NCBI GenBank assembly: GCA_943788985.1
Contig: CALSSJ010000021.1
Coordinates: 94,274-158,273, forward strand
Direction of reading: 5' to 3'
Origin: an uncultured Lentisphaerales bacterium
GTDB lineage: Bacteria > Verrucomicrobiota > Lentisphaeria > JABSQK01 > UBA12247
Length of the DNA: 64,000 nucleotides
The notes under the pieces were generated by a model that did not search any database, had not been told where the DNA came from, and saw nothing but the letters and a program-made list of their open reading frames with translations. Positions 30,715-42,251 of the stretch are shown here, piece after piece. The first letter of the stretch is position 1; each line of letters opens with the position of its first letter. A program made the position numbers and the translations under genes.

Positions 30715-31353
30715 ATGACGCATAGCGCTACCTATCTACTTCTTGTCCTGCTTACCGCCTCGTCTCTTCTTGCGCAGGGTGTCTATCCGAATCAGGGTCC
30801 CTCCCTCGAACAGCGGAAGCAATGGGCACAGTTTAAAAACGAAGTACTCGTTGAATTAAACAATCAGCGGAAGACGCAGATTGAGAACACCAAGATGAAT
30901 CGTGAGCTTTGGACTAAGCTCGCGAGGAACATGGAAGAATATACAGAGGTCATCAGCGTACTTCGCGATGAGATTCGCAAGCTGAAGGGTGAGGTTGTCG
31001 TCCTCAAGCAGCAGGATCAGGAATTCCGCTCCGCGCTCAACCAAGAAGTTTCGAGGCTACGCTCCAAACTGGATGCAGAAACTCAGAAGCGTTCGGCGGG
31101 CGATCAGAGAATGCTGAAAGAATTTACCAGCGAGCTAGCCCACCTAACCAACCAAGTCACCGATATGCGAACCCCCTCCCCTGCGCCCAACCGCACCTCC
31201 TCAGAGTTTGCAGTCTATCGCGTCGAGAAAGGTGACACTCTGAGTGCGATCGCCCTGGCATTCAACGTGACAATTGAACGGCTCGCATCAGCGAATAACC
31301 TGAGCAATCATACGATTTACGTCGGCCAGGAGCTTCGCGTCCCGGTTCGCTAG
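30715..31353 (+). CDS. Secreted coiled-coil protein with C-terminal LysM domain
   Basis: Signal peptide, coiled coil, and [27 protein letters not shown]...[10 protein letters not shown]. Confidence 0.88.
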   Translation: MTHSATYLLLVLLTASSLLAQGVYPNQGPSLEQRKQWAQFKNEVLVELNNQRKTQIENTKMNRELWTKLARNMEEYTEVISVLRDEIRKLKGEVVVLKQQDQEFRSALNQEVSRLRSKLDAETQKRSAGDQRMLKEFTSELAHLTNQVTDMRTPSPAPNRTSSEFAVYRVEKGDTLSAIALAFNVTIERLASANNLSNHTIYVGQELRVPVR

Positions 31354-31420
31354 GCAAGGCACGGCCGTACGCAGTCGACCGTCCACCCCGCTCCCCGTTT
31401 CCGCTAGGGATTCCCACACT

Positions 31421-31909
31421 ATGAATATTCGCGAAGACATCCTCCGCCTGTTGCGCAAGAATGCACGGCTGACCTGTGAACAGATTGGCGAACGCCTTGC
31501 CGTTCCCGCTGAGCAGGTTGCAGCCATCATCGCTGCAGCCGAAGCCGATGGCTGCATCAGGGGCTATCACGCACTCGTCCAAGACTCGGCCTTCGCAGAG
31601 CAAGGCGTCTACGCCCTGATCGAAGTCTGCGTCGAGACGCAGCGCGACGGCGGCTACGACCCCGTGGCCCGAGCGGTCTCACGGTTTTCTGAAGTCAGCG
31701 ATGTCATGCTGGTCTCCGGAAACTACGACCTGCTGCTGATCGTGGAAGGCCAGACGCTGCAAGACGTTGCGGATTTTGTGCACAGCAAGCTTGCCTCCCT
31801 CAGTGGTGTGCGCCAGACCCGTTCCCATTTTATGTTGCGCCGGTATAAGCAGTCCGGTTTTCTCCATCAGGAAGATCCCCATCATGAACGACTCCGAGTC
31901 ACCCCATAA
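31421..31909 (+). CDS. Lrp/AsnC family transcriptional regulator (YugG/AlaR-like)
   Basis: HTH ILRLLRKNARLT..., VSGNYDLLLIVEG and TRSHFMLRRYK. Overlaps the aminotransferase gene. Confidence 0.9.
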   Translation: MNIREDILRLLRKNARLTCEQIGERLAVPAEQVAAIIAAAEADGCIRGYHALVQDSAFAEQGVYALIEVCVETQRDGGYDPVARAVSRFSEVSDVMLVSGNYDLLLIVEGQTLQDVADFVHSKLASLSGVRQTRSHFMLRRYKQSGFLHQEDPHHERLRVTP

Positions 31910-33095
31910 ATGGATTGCCAGCCATGTGGCTGGCCTACCAAAGAGCGGAATCCGTGACTTTTTCGAGCTTGTCATGTCCATGGACGATGTCATCTCGCTG
32001 GGCGTCGGAGAGCCAGACTTTGATACGCCTTGGAGCATTCGCAAGGCCACGATCACAGCACTAGAACGCGGATACACCAGCTATACCTCCAATCTCGGGA
32101 CCCTTGAGCTTCGCGAGACAGTCTGCCGCTATGTCCAGACAGAGTTTGGCGCGAGCTACGATCCAAAGACCGAGTGCCTGATCACCGTAGGTGTGAGCGA
32201 GGGCTTGGATTTGGCCTTGCGCGCCGTCCTAAATCCGGGTGACGAAGTGATCTACCACGAGCCCTGCTACGTGTCCTATGCGCCTAACGTGATCATGGCC
32301 CACGCCACGCCGGTCCCAGTCATTACCTGCGCAGAGGACGAATTTGCCTTGGATCCGGAGAAGCTTCGTGCCGCGATCACGGACCGCACCAAGGTCTTGC
32401 TGCTCAACTTCCCCAATAATCCCACCGGAGCCACACTATCGGACCGGCAGAAGCTGGAGATCAGCAAGATCGCCTGTGAATTTGACCTGCTGGTCATCAC
32501 CGACGAGATCTATGCCGAGCTGACCTACGAAGGTAACGTGCGTACCATCGCCAGTTACCCCGGTATGCGTGAGCGCACAATCTTCCTGCACGGTCTCAGT
32601 AAAGCATATGCTATGACTGGCTATCGCATCGGCCACGCCTGCGGGCCCGCTCCGTTGATCGACGCAATGATGAAGATCCACCAGTACTCGATGCTGTGCG
32701 CATCACTGATCAGCCAAGAGGCTGCCGTCGAGGCGCTGCAGAATGGCCGACGGGAAATGCTTGAGATGAAACAGCAGTACCTCGAACGCCGGAACCTGGT
32801 GGTCGCACGCTTGAATGCCATGGGCTACTCCTGTATGTGCCCGCAAGGCGCGTTCTATGTCTTTCCTGACATTTCTTCCAGTGGCCTCAGCAGTGCGGAG
32901 TTCGCACGGCGCCTGCTGGAGGAAGAGCGGGTAGCAGTTGTGCCGGGGGTCGGCTTTGGTGCGTGCGGCGAAGGCTTCGTCCGCTGTGCGTATGCCGCCG
33001 CCATCGAGGATATTGAGATCGCCATGACGCGAATGGCCGCGTTTGCGAGTCGCCTCAAGCAGGCGGTCCCGGCTGAGGCAAGCATCACTGCGTGA
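31884..33095 (+). CDS. Class I/II PLP-dependent aminotransferase (YugH/AlaT-like)
   Basis: Motifs SGIRDFF, ISLGVGEPDF, NFPNNPTG, DEIYAEL and SKAYAMTGYRIG. Confidence 0.92.
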   Translation: MNDSESPHKWIASHVAGLPKSGIRDFFELVMSMDDVISLGVGEPDFDTPWSIRKATITALERGYTSYTSNLGTLELRETVCRYVQTEFGASYDPKTECLITVGVSEGLDLALRAVLNPGDEVIYHEPCYVSYAPNVIMAHATPVPVITCAEDEFALDPEKLRAAITDRTKVLLLNFPNNPTGATLSDRQKLEISKIACEFDLLVITDEIYAELTYEGNVRTIASYPGMRERTIFLHGLSKAYAMTGYRIGHACGPAPLIDAMMKIHQYSMLCASLISQEAAVEALQNGRREMLEMKQQYLERRNLVVARLNAMGYSCMCPQGAFYVFPDISSSGLSSAEFARRLLEEERVAVVPGVGFGACGEGFVRCAYAAAIEDIEIAMTRMAAFASRLKQAVPAEASITA

Positions 33096-33101
33096 CGCAA
33101 G

Positions 33102-35939
33102 ATGCTACACGGTCCGGAGTGCAACGAGGAAGTCAACACAGAATCTAAGCGCTGTGCCAACTGCCTACTGGACCTGAGTGACATTACCGTCGCTTGGGAC
33201 GATACCGGCAATGCCACATTGGCGGCGAAGCGGCACGAAGAACCCCACCAGAATACTCCCGCCAAGGATCGCACCGCAGCAATCCTCACAGCGGTTGGCA
33301 GTTATCGGGTTCTCGGCTTTATCGGCAAAGGTGGCATGGGCCATGTCTACAGAGCCTTGCAGCCCAACCCCCGCCGAGAAGTCGCGCTCAAGCTACTCAG
33401 CCAGGGGCGACCGAACAGTGAAGCAGATCGGCTTCGTTTCGACGGGAGGCCGCGGTCGCAGCAATGCTGGACCATCCGTATATCGTGCCGATCATCGAGT
33501 TCGCCGAGACAGGTTTTGGCGAGGCATTCTTTACCATGCCGCTGGTCAAGGGGATCCCACTTGACCAGTAGGTGCGTGATTGCGCGATCGATCGTCGAAC
33601 AACGATTGAGCTGATGATTCGCGTCTCCGAAGGAGTCGAGGCTGCCCACCAGCGCGGCGCGATTCACCGAGACTTCAAGCCCGCCAATATTCTCCTGCTT
33701 ACGGGCCGCTATCCCTACTGTCTGGAGACGGACCTCCAGAAGATGCTTGCCACCATTCGGTGCGTCGAGCAATGTCCGCCTCGGGAGCTGGATTGGACAA
33801 TCCCGCGTGATCTCGAGGCAGTGCTGCTGAAAACCCGGGGCAGGGAGCGAAATCATCGTTATCAATCTGCCAAGGCGCTCGCAGAGGACCTAAGTGCCGT
33901 GCTAGGTGTACGACCGGTACTGGGGGCCCAACCGCAGAGCGCGCACCTCCACCTTTGCCGCATTTCACCAGATACGGATGGAATGCGACGAGAAGGAACC
34001 GCGGCTGGAGGAAGCGATCATTGCCACGAACGAGGCGAATGAGATGCGCAGTTTTGCAGACCAGCGCCTCGATCAAAGTCTGACCGCCCAGACGGATGCC
34101 AATGTGCATCTGGAACATTGGCAGGAGGCGCTACGAGGCTATCGGCATGCGCTATCGATTGCACAGGAGTACCCCAGCATAAAGCAGGCTGCGGAAATCG
34201 CACTCTGGCAAACCTATCAGCAGGCTCCACCGCCCATTCTTGAAGTCCAGCCACGCCAAAGTCCGGTTCTTACTCTGACCTTCTCGCCTAATGGAATGAC
34301 AGTCGCAAGCGGCAGATCAGCAGGGCAAATTAGGTTAATTTAACGTAAGGACGGGACGCTGCACTCGCCGGGCGATCAGCATGATACAGCTGTCTTCGTG
34401 CTCGCCTTCTCTCAAGATGGAAAGCACCTCTATTCGGGCGACTGGAAACTCTAGGAGATTCGGTCTGGTTCCGCGACGATCAGGGCAACCTTTTCTATCT
34501 AGAGCGAGAAAATGGGTCCAGGCTTGCCCAGCGTCAGATCACCCATGTTGCGGCGTCACAGGCACATCAGAAGTACGAGCATTTGATCCGCTGGAGCAGG
34601 CAGACCGGCAGGCGAAAGTACCTGCTTCCGTACTGCGTCTGGCCTTGGCCACGGGCCAGCGCGGCTGACGGCTTGGATGGCGAATTGCAGCCTCTCGTAG
34701 GATACGGCGCGGCGACTGGCGATGTCGCTGGATCATCGGCCAAGGCAGCGGGTACGGTCGCGATCGCCGAAGGTGCGCTTTGGCAGGTCGATCGGGGGGG
34801 GGCCGTTTCACGGCCCTAATACCAGAACCAGCAGCGGGATTACGCCAATCGCAGCGGCGATCCACTCGGTAGCGGCTTTGTTCTGTGCTGCCGATGACAG
34901 TGGACAGATTACGGTTTACTCCGTAAGCCAGACTCGGTTTTGGCTGCGTAAGGCGAAACTGGATCACAGCGCTACGCGTGTGGTCTCGGCAGTAGATGAG
35001 CCACTCGTGGCCAGTGCCGATGGACGGATGATTTGCGTCTGGGATGCGGCCTACGCCCTCGAACTCGCACAATAGCAGGCCGCCGCCGTCGTGCACGATG
35101 TTGCCATCTCCAATAATGCCGCTCTAGTTGCAGCGATTACGGCAGATCGCTCCCTCGCGCCCCGCGACTTGACCGATGGCGCGTCACCGAGCCTATTCGC
35201 CCTTGAGAGCTCTCCCCGCTGCCTGGCAGTCAGCGATCGCTCCATGATCTGTGTCGGAACCGCTACTGGACAGCTTCTGCTATTCAGTGATCAAGGCCAG
35301 CCGCAAGAGAGCCTAAAGGCCCATAGCAAGCGCATTGCTCAGCTGGAAATCTTCCCAGATGGGCTCCGTGTGGCGTCGTCGGATATCAGCGGGCGGGCCA
35401 TTTTCGAGAGCCTTGCCGGTGACCTATCATACGACAATCAGGTCGCCGAGCGCCCCCTGAGCCTGCGCCGGGTGACATCCAGTCAGCTGGCAATCGCGAG
35501 ACTCAGCGGCGCGATTGTCAGGATAGATCTTCGCAACCGAGACCTCTCAGAGGTCATCGCCCATTCAGATGGTGTAACCGCCTTTTCTCGAGAAGGCAGC
35601 TACCTGCTGAGCGACGGCCGTGACGGGACACTCTCATGGCGGGGCGCGAGCCACACGGCAATCAGGAATTTTCCGCTGTCCTCGCTGGGTATCACCTGCC
35701 TAGATACGGCCAATGGACACGTCGTCTTCGAGGCCGGAGATCGAATGATCTACTTCTGCGATTTTTCCAAAGCGGGGAAGTTGCTCGCGCCCCTTTCCCA
35801 CCAGCAGCGCCTGCAACTGCTAGACTCAGAGACCGCCAATTCAGAAGCGGGACGATCATCAGCCGAGCTAAGCGCTCTGACAGTCTCTCATCCGATATTG
35901 AGCATGCTGTACGCTCTGCAGAACGAACCGAAGCGCTAG
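33102..35939 (+). pseudogene. Decayed Hanks-type Ser/Thr kinase with WD40 repeats
   Basis: IGKGGMGHVYRA...VALKLL, HRDFKPANILL and IPRDLEAVLLK...RYQSAKALAEDL. The DFG/activation segment is missing. WD40-like units (LTFSPNGMTVASG, HSKRIAQLEIFPDG) follow. Many stops and shifts. Confidence 0.8.
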
Positions 35940-35953
35940 CAGTCTGCCCGCGG

Positions 35954-36406
35954 TCAGTCCTTCGCGGCAAACCAATCCTGCAGTGCCGAAATCACTGGCT
36001 GGAACTGGTCAATCCAATCTTTCGTTGGCAGCTGAGCCAGCGGGATCCAGAAGAAATGAAACCATTTGCCCTCGTCCTCTTGGGCAAAGAAACTCCACTT
36101 CTCCGCAAGATCAGCATCCGTTTCACACTCGTAGACATGCCAGAACTGACAATAGTCGGGGACTTCAATTTCTGCGATCTTGGCCATGATTCTGGCGCTG
36201 TCTATGCCTGATTCTTCGGCCAATTCACGCAGGGCAGCGGGTTCAAGAGCCTCCCCTTCCTCAAGCGTCCCCTTTACGATCTGGTGCCCCGCTGTGGGAT
36301 GCACAAATGCCAGGATTTCGCGGCCGTGAGCGCCGGGCCGAGTAAGGACAGGACATACCTTTACGCCACCAGGCGCGACGATAATTGAGTGTGCTGGATC
36401 AGGCAT
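35954..36406 (-). CDS. NUDIX hydrolase
   Basis: Nudix box GTLEEGEALEPAALRELAEESG. Confidence 0.85.
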   Translation of the reverse strand: MPDPAHSIIVAPGGVKVCPVLTRPGAHGREILAFVHPTAGHQIVKGTLEEGEALEPAALRELAEESGIDSARIMAKIAEIEVPDYCQFWHVYECETDADLAEKWSFFAQEDEGKWFHFFWIPLAQLPTKDWIDQFQPVISALQDWFAAKD

Positions 36407-36492
36407 AAATATTCCGGGGCAGTTCGGGCGGCAGAGTATCATTGCCAACCTACTCTACTGGAATGGAAATGCCGATCGGAGTGTAGCATATT

Positions 36493-37562
36493 TTGGGTAC
36501 AGAGCGACGGCACGTGATATTGACTCATCAGCTCACCGGCGGGCAAACTCGTCCAACCGAGCTGCAATCCCTGCTCCGCGTTCTTGCCTGGGCAGTACAA
36601 CGAGGAATGCCACTCACAGATGCACTCACGCTTCTGAGCCGAACCAGGACTAATCATAGCAGCTTCCAAGTCGGCACCCCAGTTCTTACTAATGGACGGG
36701 GTAATCTTGATGCGGCGTGTGCCTGGATTGCAGGCGTATGCGAGGAAGGCCTTCGGCTGCACGAAGCAATCCGTCATGTAACGACACTTTCTGACGCTGA
36801 GATCGCGATGATTGAGCAGGCACAGGAATCTGAAGCGCTGACGCCGATCCTCGAGCTGCTGGCCGCGTCACAGCCTCGGCGTCAGTCGTGTTTTTCGGCG
36901 CCAGGAGCCGTAACCGCCATTGCCTGTTCGGTTCTATTGTATGGCCTGGGCACTATGATATTCCCAAAGTTCTCTTACATCAGTACGGGTGCCTTCCCCG
37001 GCGAGCCTTTGCTATTCCCGGCCGCTGGAGCCGGATTGGCCCTGCTGGTGCTCGTTATAGCAGCATGGCTTCCAGCGCGTTTTGCCGCCAGTTAGCTCCG
37101 CTTCCTACCATTGATCGGGGACGGGAGACGGGCGGAGCAGGCTCGGCTCCGTTCTCAGCTGCTGCAGGCCGCGTTCACCATGAAAATGGATGCTGGTGAA
37201 GCGTTTAACTGGGCCGCGCGCGCGCTGCCAAAGTTTCAGCAGGAGAAGCTCTCCACCATTGCGAACTCCAGAAAACAGGGCGCAGACTGGGCCGCAGAAT
37301 ATGCGGCACAGTTTCGTTGCAGCGCTCCAGAGAAATGGGGACTGAAACAAGCTACTCTCGCCGTGCGACCAGCGGAAGGGGCTTCCTTCGCACAAAAGCT
37401 TTGGCACACGGTCGCGTCCGCGGGCGAGAACGCATGGCCAGGGCAGCACGACTGCCCACGACCGCACTTTTTGCGGCATCCGTGGGCTATGTCGCGTATG
37501 AGCTATTGAGCCAGCTGGTCAGTCTCCAGACGATGACCGGGGGTAACCTGAATAATTCATGA
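36493..37562 (+). pseudogene. Type II secretion/pilus F-family (GspF/PilC-like) membrane protein, disrupted
   Basis: GMPLTDAL...GLRLHEAI...AMIEQAQESEALTPILELLA followed by TM segments. In-frame TAG at 37093-37095 and a later shift. Confidence 0.5.
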
Positions 37563-37631
37563 AGGGTCTTGCCGCTCGCGCGACGACGCTCATGAACTAT
37601 TCAGGCTGAGATCCCGGCAGAGGGAAAGGTT

Positions 37632-40600
37632 TCAGGCAACCGTTTCCTTCATCTGCGCCTGGCTCTCTGCGCGGGCCAGCGCTGCCTTCAATTCGCGCGG
37701 CATCACCTTCACAAAGATCGGCAATGATGCCTCCCAGTTGTCCAAGATACTCCGGGCCACGGCGCTTTCCGTGTAGGAGTAGTGATTCTCGATCAACTGC
37801 TGCAGGTCTCTCTCATCGGCTTCTGACAACGGATCCAGATCGGCCCGTGCGGTGTTGCACTGGGTCTTGCGGAAGGAGCCATCGACGTCGTAGACATAGG
37901 CTACGCCACCGCTCATGCCCCCGGCAAAATTGCGTCCTGTCGAGCCAAGCACGACGACCTTTCCACCAGTCATGTACTCGCAGCCATGGTCACCCAATCC
38001 TTCAATCACGGCGACTGCACCGGAGTTTCTGACGCAGAAACGCTCGCCACCACGACCACGGACATAGAGCTCACCGGTGGTCGCACCGTAGAGCGCGACG
38101 TTCCCGATGATCACATTATCCTCGGCTCGGAATGTCACATCCTCCGGCGGCCGCAGGATCACTTTTGCGCCAGACAGGCCTTTGCAGAAGTAATCGTTGG
38201 CATCACCATAGAGCGTGAGCTCCAGGCCTCGGGCACCGAATGCGCAGAAACTCTGCCCCCCCGAACCATGGCACCGTATTTTGATGGTTCCCGGTGGCAG
38301 GCCCTGAGAGCCAAAGTTCTTCGAAATGTGATAGCTGAGCATTGTAAACATCGTGCGTTCGATGGTACGAATGTACAGATCGAAGGACGTAGGCGTGCCA
38401 TCTTTGAGGGTGGAAGCACAGTGCTCGATAATCTCGTGATCGCGGGCGTTTGCCAAGCCGTGGTCCTGAATCTCGGTGCAGCGAATGCCGACGGTCTCGG
38501 CGACGTCCGGCTTCACCAGCAACGGTTTGAGGTCCAAACCGCGTGCTTTCCAATGATCGACAGCCGTGCGGGGTGTCGAGACATTGGACCTGTCCGACCA
38601 TCTCATCGATGGTCCGGAAGCCCAGCTCAGCCATGTAGCTACGCATTTCCTCAGCCACAAACTTGAAGAAGTTAACGACATACTCGGGGCGTCCGGTGTA
38701 CTTCTTGCGAAGCTCGGGATTCTGCGTTGCAACGCCCACAGGGCATGTGTCTTTCTGGCAGACTCTCATCATGATGCAGCCGCTGACAACCAGCGCAGTG
38801 GTCGCAAAACCGAACTCTTCTGCGCCAAGAAGACACGCGACCACCACGTCACGCCCAGTCTTGAGCTGGCCATCACATTCTACGACGATGCGGCTGCGTA
38901 GGTCATTTTTCACCAGCGTCTGATGTGTTCTCCGCCAGGCCAAGCTCCCACGGAGCCCCGCGTGCTTGATCGAGGTCTCACGTGCCGCACCGGTACCGCC
39001 GTCAAAACCGCTGACCAGGACCACATCGGCCTTGCCCTTTGATACGCCTGCAGCCACGGTGCCGACGCCGACTTCAGAAACCAGCTTCACGTTGATGCGC
39101 GCCTCTGGGTTTGCGTTCTTCAGGTCATGGATCAATTGCGCCAGATCTTCGATCGAGTAGATGTCATGATGCGGCGGTGGCGAGATCAACCCCACATAGG
39201 GGGTGGAGTGGCGAACTTTGGCAATCCAAGGATAGACTTTCTTCCCAGGCAACTCGCCGCCTTCTCCGGGCTTGGCACCCTGAGCCATCTTGATCTGAAT
39301 CTCTTTGGCGTTGGCCAGGTAGTGGCTGGTCACGCCGAAACGGCCAGAGGCTACCTGTTTGATGGCACTCATGCGCCAGTCGCCGTTGTCATCCTTGATG
39401 AATCGGCGCTCGTCCTCGCCGCCTTCGCCGCTGTTGCTCTTGCCGCCAATGCGGTTCATCGCGATCGCGAGCGTCTCATGCGCTTCACGGCTGATAGAGC
39501 CATAGCTCATGGCACCAGTCTTGAAACGCTTGACGATCTCAGTCCACGGCTCGACTTCATCTAGTGGAATCGATTCGCGCTGCGGCGTGATGTTCAGCAG
39601 GCCACGGAGCGTGCACAAATTCTTGGTCTGGTTATTAATCAGCTCTGCGTATTGGTCATAGACAGACTGCTTATTCTCACCGCGTCGCCTGCTGCAGCTT
39701 GGCAACGGTCATGGGATTGAACAGATGCCGCTCGCCGTTCCGACGCCATTGGTACATGCCGCCGACATCCAGCTCTAGCCGCTGTGGGATGTGCTTGGGC
39801 GGGAAGGCATGCTTGTAGCGCACGTCGATCTCTGCGGCGATCTCGTCCATCCCGATTCCGCCCAGTCTTGAGGGCGTCCAGGTGAAGTACGGATCAATCA
39901 CCGAGTGGTCAATACCAACCACACTCGAAAATCTGTCCGCCACGATAGCTGGCCAAGGTGGAGATCCCCATCTTACACATGACCTTGAGGATGCCCTTGC
40001 TGACCGCTTTCTTGTAATTGCAAACAAGCGCTGCGGACTCCATCTTATCAATCATGCCACGGTCGCGCATGTCATGCAGGGTCTCGAAAGCCAAGTATGG
40101 GTTAACCGCGCAACAGCCGTAGCCAGCGAGGACGGCGAAGTGGTGGACCTCTCGCGCTTCTGCGGTCTCGACAATGATGCCACAGCGTGTGCGCAGTTCT
40201 TCTACGAGTGAGGTGATGGTGCACGCCTGAACAGGCCAGCAAGGCCGGAATCGGAGCGTTGTCGCGATCTGCTTTGCGATCTGAGAGAATCAGAATAGAA
40301 CAGCCACCCCTCAACGGCTTCCTTCGCCTGAGCGCAAAGGTCATCCATCGCATCTTTCAGCGCATCGCCACCACCACCACGGCTGAAGATGATGTCCAAA
40401 GTCACGGACTTCAGGTGCGGATCCTTGATCTCGCGAATCTGAGCCAACTCTTCGTCCGTCAGCACGGGCTGCGGAAGTTGCAACTGGTGACAGTGCTCGG
40501 GAGTTTCGCCGAACAGGTCCTGCCTCAGGGCCAATGGTGGTCATCATCGAGGTGACCAGCTCTTCATTGATGCCGTCTAGAGGCGGATTCGTCACCTGCG

Positions 40601-42183
40601 CGAACAGCTGTTTAAAGTAGTTGTAGAGCAGCTGCGAACGATCCGACAGGACTGCAAGCGGGATGTCCTGCGCCCATCGAACCGAGGGGGTTCAACGCCG
40701 TCGTTACCCATCTGCGCTAGAATGATGCGAAGGTCCTCAAGCGAGTAGCCATACATCTGCTGACGAGTCAGCAGGTCAAATTCAGACGCGGGAGCGGACG
40801 ATTCTGCCGGCGGCAGATCATCCAGAGAGACCCAGCGAGTCCTTGAGCCACTTCCGATACGGCTTGGTGGCAGCCAGTTGTGATTTCACTTCTTCATCAT
40901 CGACGATACGGCCTTGCTCCAAGTCTACCAGGAACATCTTTCCTGGTTCGAGACGCCCTTTGTACTCGACATTGATCGGATCGACCTCGAGTACGGCCAC
41001 TTTCCGAGCCCATGATGACGAAGCCGTCCTTGGTCACAGTGTACCGCGACGGGCGTAGCCCGTTGCGATCCAGCAAACGCGCCCATCACGCGACCATCCG
41101 TGAACGGGATCGAAGCAGGTCCATCCCACGGTTCCATCATGCATGCATGATAATCGTAAAAGGCGCGCTTCTGGTCTGACATGGTCTCATGATTCTGCCA
41201 AGGCTTCCGGAATCAGCATGGACATCACATGCGCCAGCGGGCGCCCCGGTGTGCAACAACAATTCGACCGCGTTATCGAGCGTAGCCGAGTCACTGGCCC
41301 CCGGTGTACAGATGGGCATCAACTTGCGCATGTCATCGCCGAACAATTCTGAGGTGAACAACCCCTGCCGCGCGTTCATCCAGTTGATGTTGCCACGTAG
41401 AGTGTTGATCTCGCCGTTGTGACAGAGAAAGCGGAACGGCTGTGCCAGGTCCCAGGACGGAAAGGTGTTTGTACTGTAGCGCTGATGTACGACCGCAATT
41501 GCGCTGTTCATCTTCTCATCGGCCAGATCCCGGTAAAAACGGTCCACCTGATCGGCGAGCATCAAGCCCTTGTAAACCAGCGTCCGACAGGACAGGCTTG
41601 GAATGTAGAAATGGGACTTCTGGGTTATATCGGATTCGCGCACGAGGCGCTCCAGCACCTTGCGGATTACAAACAGCTTGCGCTCAAACTGCTCGGCCGT
41701 TTTCATCCCCGGTCCACGCCCGATGAAAATCTGCATAATCGCTGGTTCAGCAGCGCGTGCCACATGGCCGATTACGGTATTATCAATCAACGGCTCGCGC
41801 CAGCCTAGAAGCTCTTGGCCTTCAGCTTTGATCACAGCGGCGATCCGCTCTCGGCACCAAGCACGCTCCTTTTTGTTTCGCGGCAGAAACACGCAGCCAG
41901 CGCCATACTCGCCTTCATCTGGAAGCTTCACGCCTACTTCCGAGCAACGGTATCGGAAGAAATCATGCGGCATCTGAATCAGAATACCCGCTCCGTCACC
42001 AGTGAGCGGATCACAACCACTGGCACCGCGGTGAGTAAGATTTACAAGAATCTCTATGCCTTTACGCACAACACCGTGCGAACGGTCGCCATTGAAATTA
42101 CAGATCGCTCCGACGCCACACGCGTCGTGCTCAAAGGCAGGCGAATAAAGGCCTTCCCCAACATTGGGTGATACATTGATCAT
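37632..42183 (-). CDS. gltB: Glutamate synthase large subunit; multiple frameshifts (probably sequencing errors)
   Basis: Motifs [85 protein letters not shown] and [11 protein letters not shown], in the correct order across frames. Confidence 0.95.
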
Positions 42184-42251
42184 GGTAGTATCCAAAACTC
42201 AAATTTTTCAGTAAAAAAACGCCACTTCAGCAAAGCAGGCGAACTCCAAAT

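Noticed and set aside
37632..42183. Programmed frameshifting or a naturally split gltB
   Set aside because: The shifts are numerous, irregular and lack consistent slippery motifs. The same pattern affects unrelated genes, so assembly error is more likely.
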